The notes below the pieces were generated by a model. It did no database searches. It was not told the origin of the DNA and saw nothing but the letters and a program-made list of their open reading frames with translations. 64,000 nucleotides of DNA from Lama glama (Eukaryota), in contig CM052816.1 of NCBI GenBank assembly GCA_028534125.1, forward strand, positions 60,824,001-60,888,000. Reading direction: 5' to 3'. This document shows positions 63,746-64,000 of this stretch, piece by piece (positions within the stretch are counted from its first letter, which is position 1; the number at the start of each line of letters is the position of its first letter). The translations under genes were made by a program, and so were the position numbers.

Positions 63746-64000
63746 CCTGTGCCTGGTGAAGAGCTGCTGGGGTGCCCCTCACCGACAGGGGCCACTCAAC
63801 ACACTTTTGGCTGGTCCTCTAAGCTCCTCCCCAACCTGCAAACGCAGACTTGAAACGATCCGGAGACGCATCTCAGCACTTGCATACACTCCAGCAAGAG
63901 ACCGGCTCCTGCCTTGACTCTCGCATGATTCACCCGTCGCCTAATTCTGATGTCCATCCAGGCATTAAATGGATTTTAGGTCTTTTAACCTAAAACCTTC

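Overview
This is mammalian nuclear DNA, most likely camelid (alpaca or camel), judged from a tRNA-derived Vic-1-type SINE and artiodactyl-type L1 3' ends. I find no convincing host protein-coding gene, RNA gene or CRISPR array. The ORF track is mostly chance ORFs, and the only recognisable peptide is LINE-1 ORF2. The window is intergenic or deep-intronic. It is filled with transposable elements of many ages (L1, L2, CR1/L3, MIR, MaLR/ERVL/ERV1 solo LTRs, Tigger and hAT MITEs) and has two 500-N assembly gaps. The most notable observations are: an L1 insertion with an apparent 78-bp target-site duplication; a diverged ~374-bp local duplication 13 kb apart whose second copy runs into an L1 fragment; a 771-bp TG...CA element with a perfect 5-bp TSD that I cannot assign to a family; a MER41-like LTR retaining a STAT GAS site; and several candidate enhancer or CTCF motif clusters. 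Nothing here can be honestly called a new biological system. Repeat family names come from recalled consensus sequences, and boundaries of old repeats are approximate.
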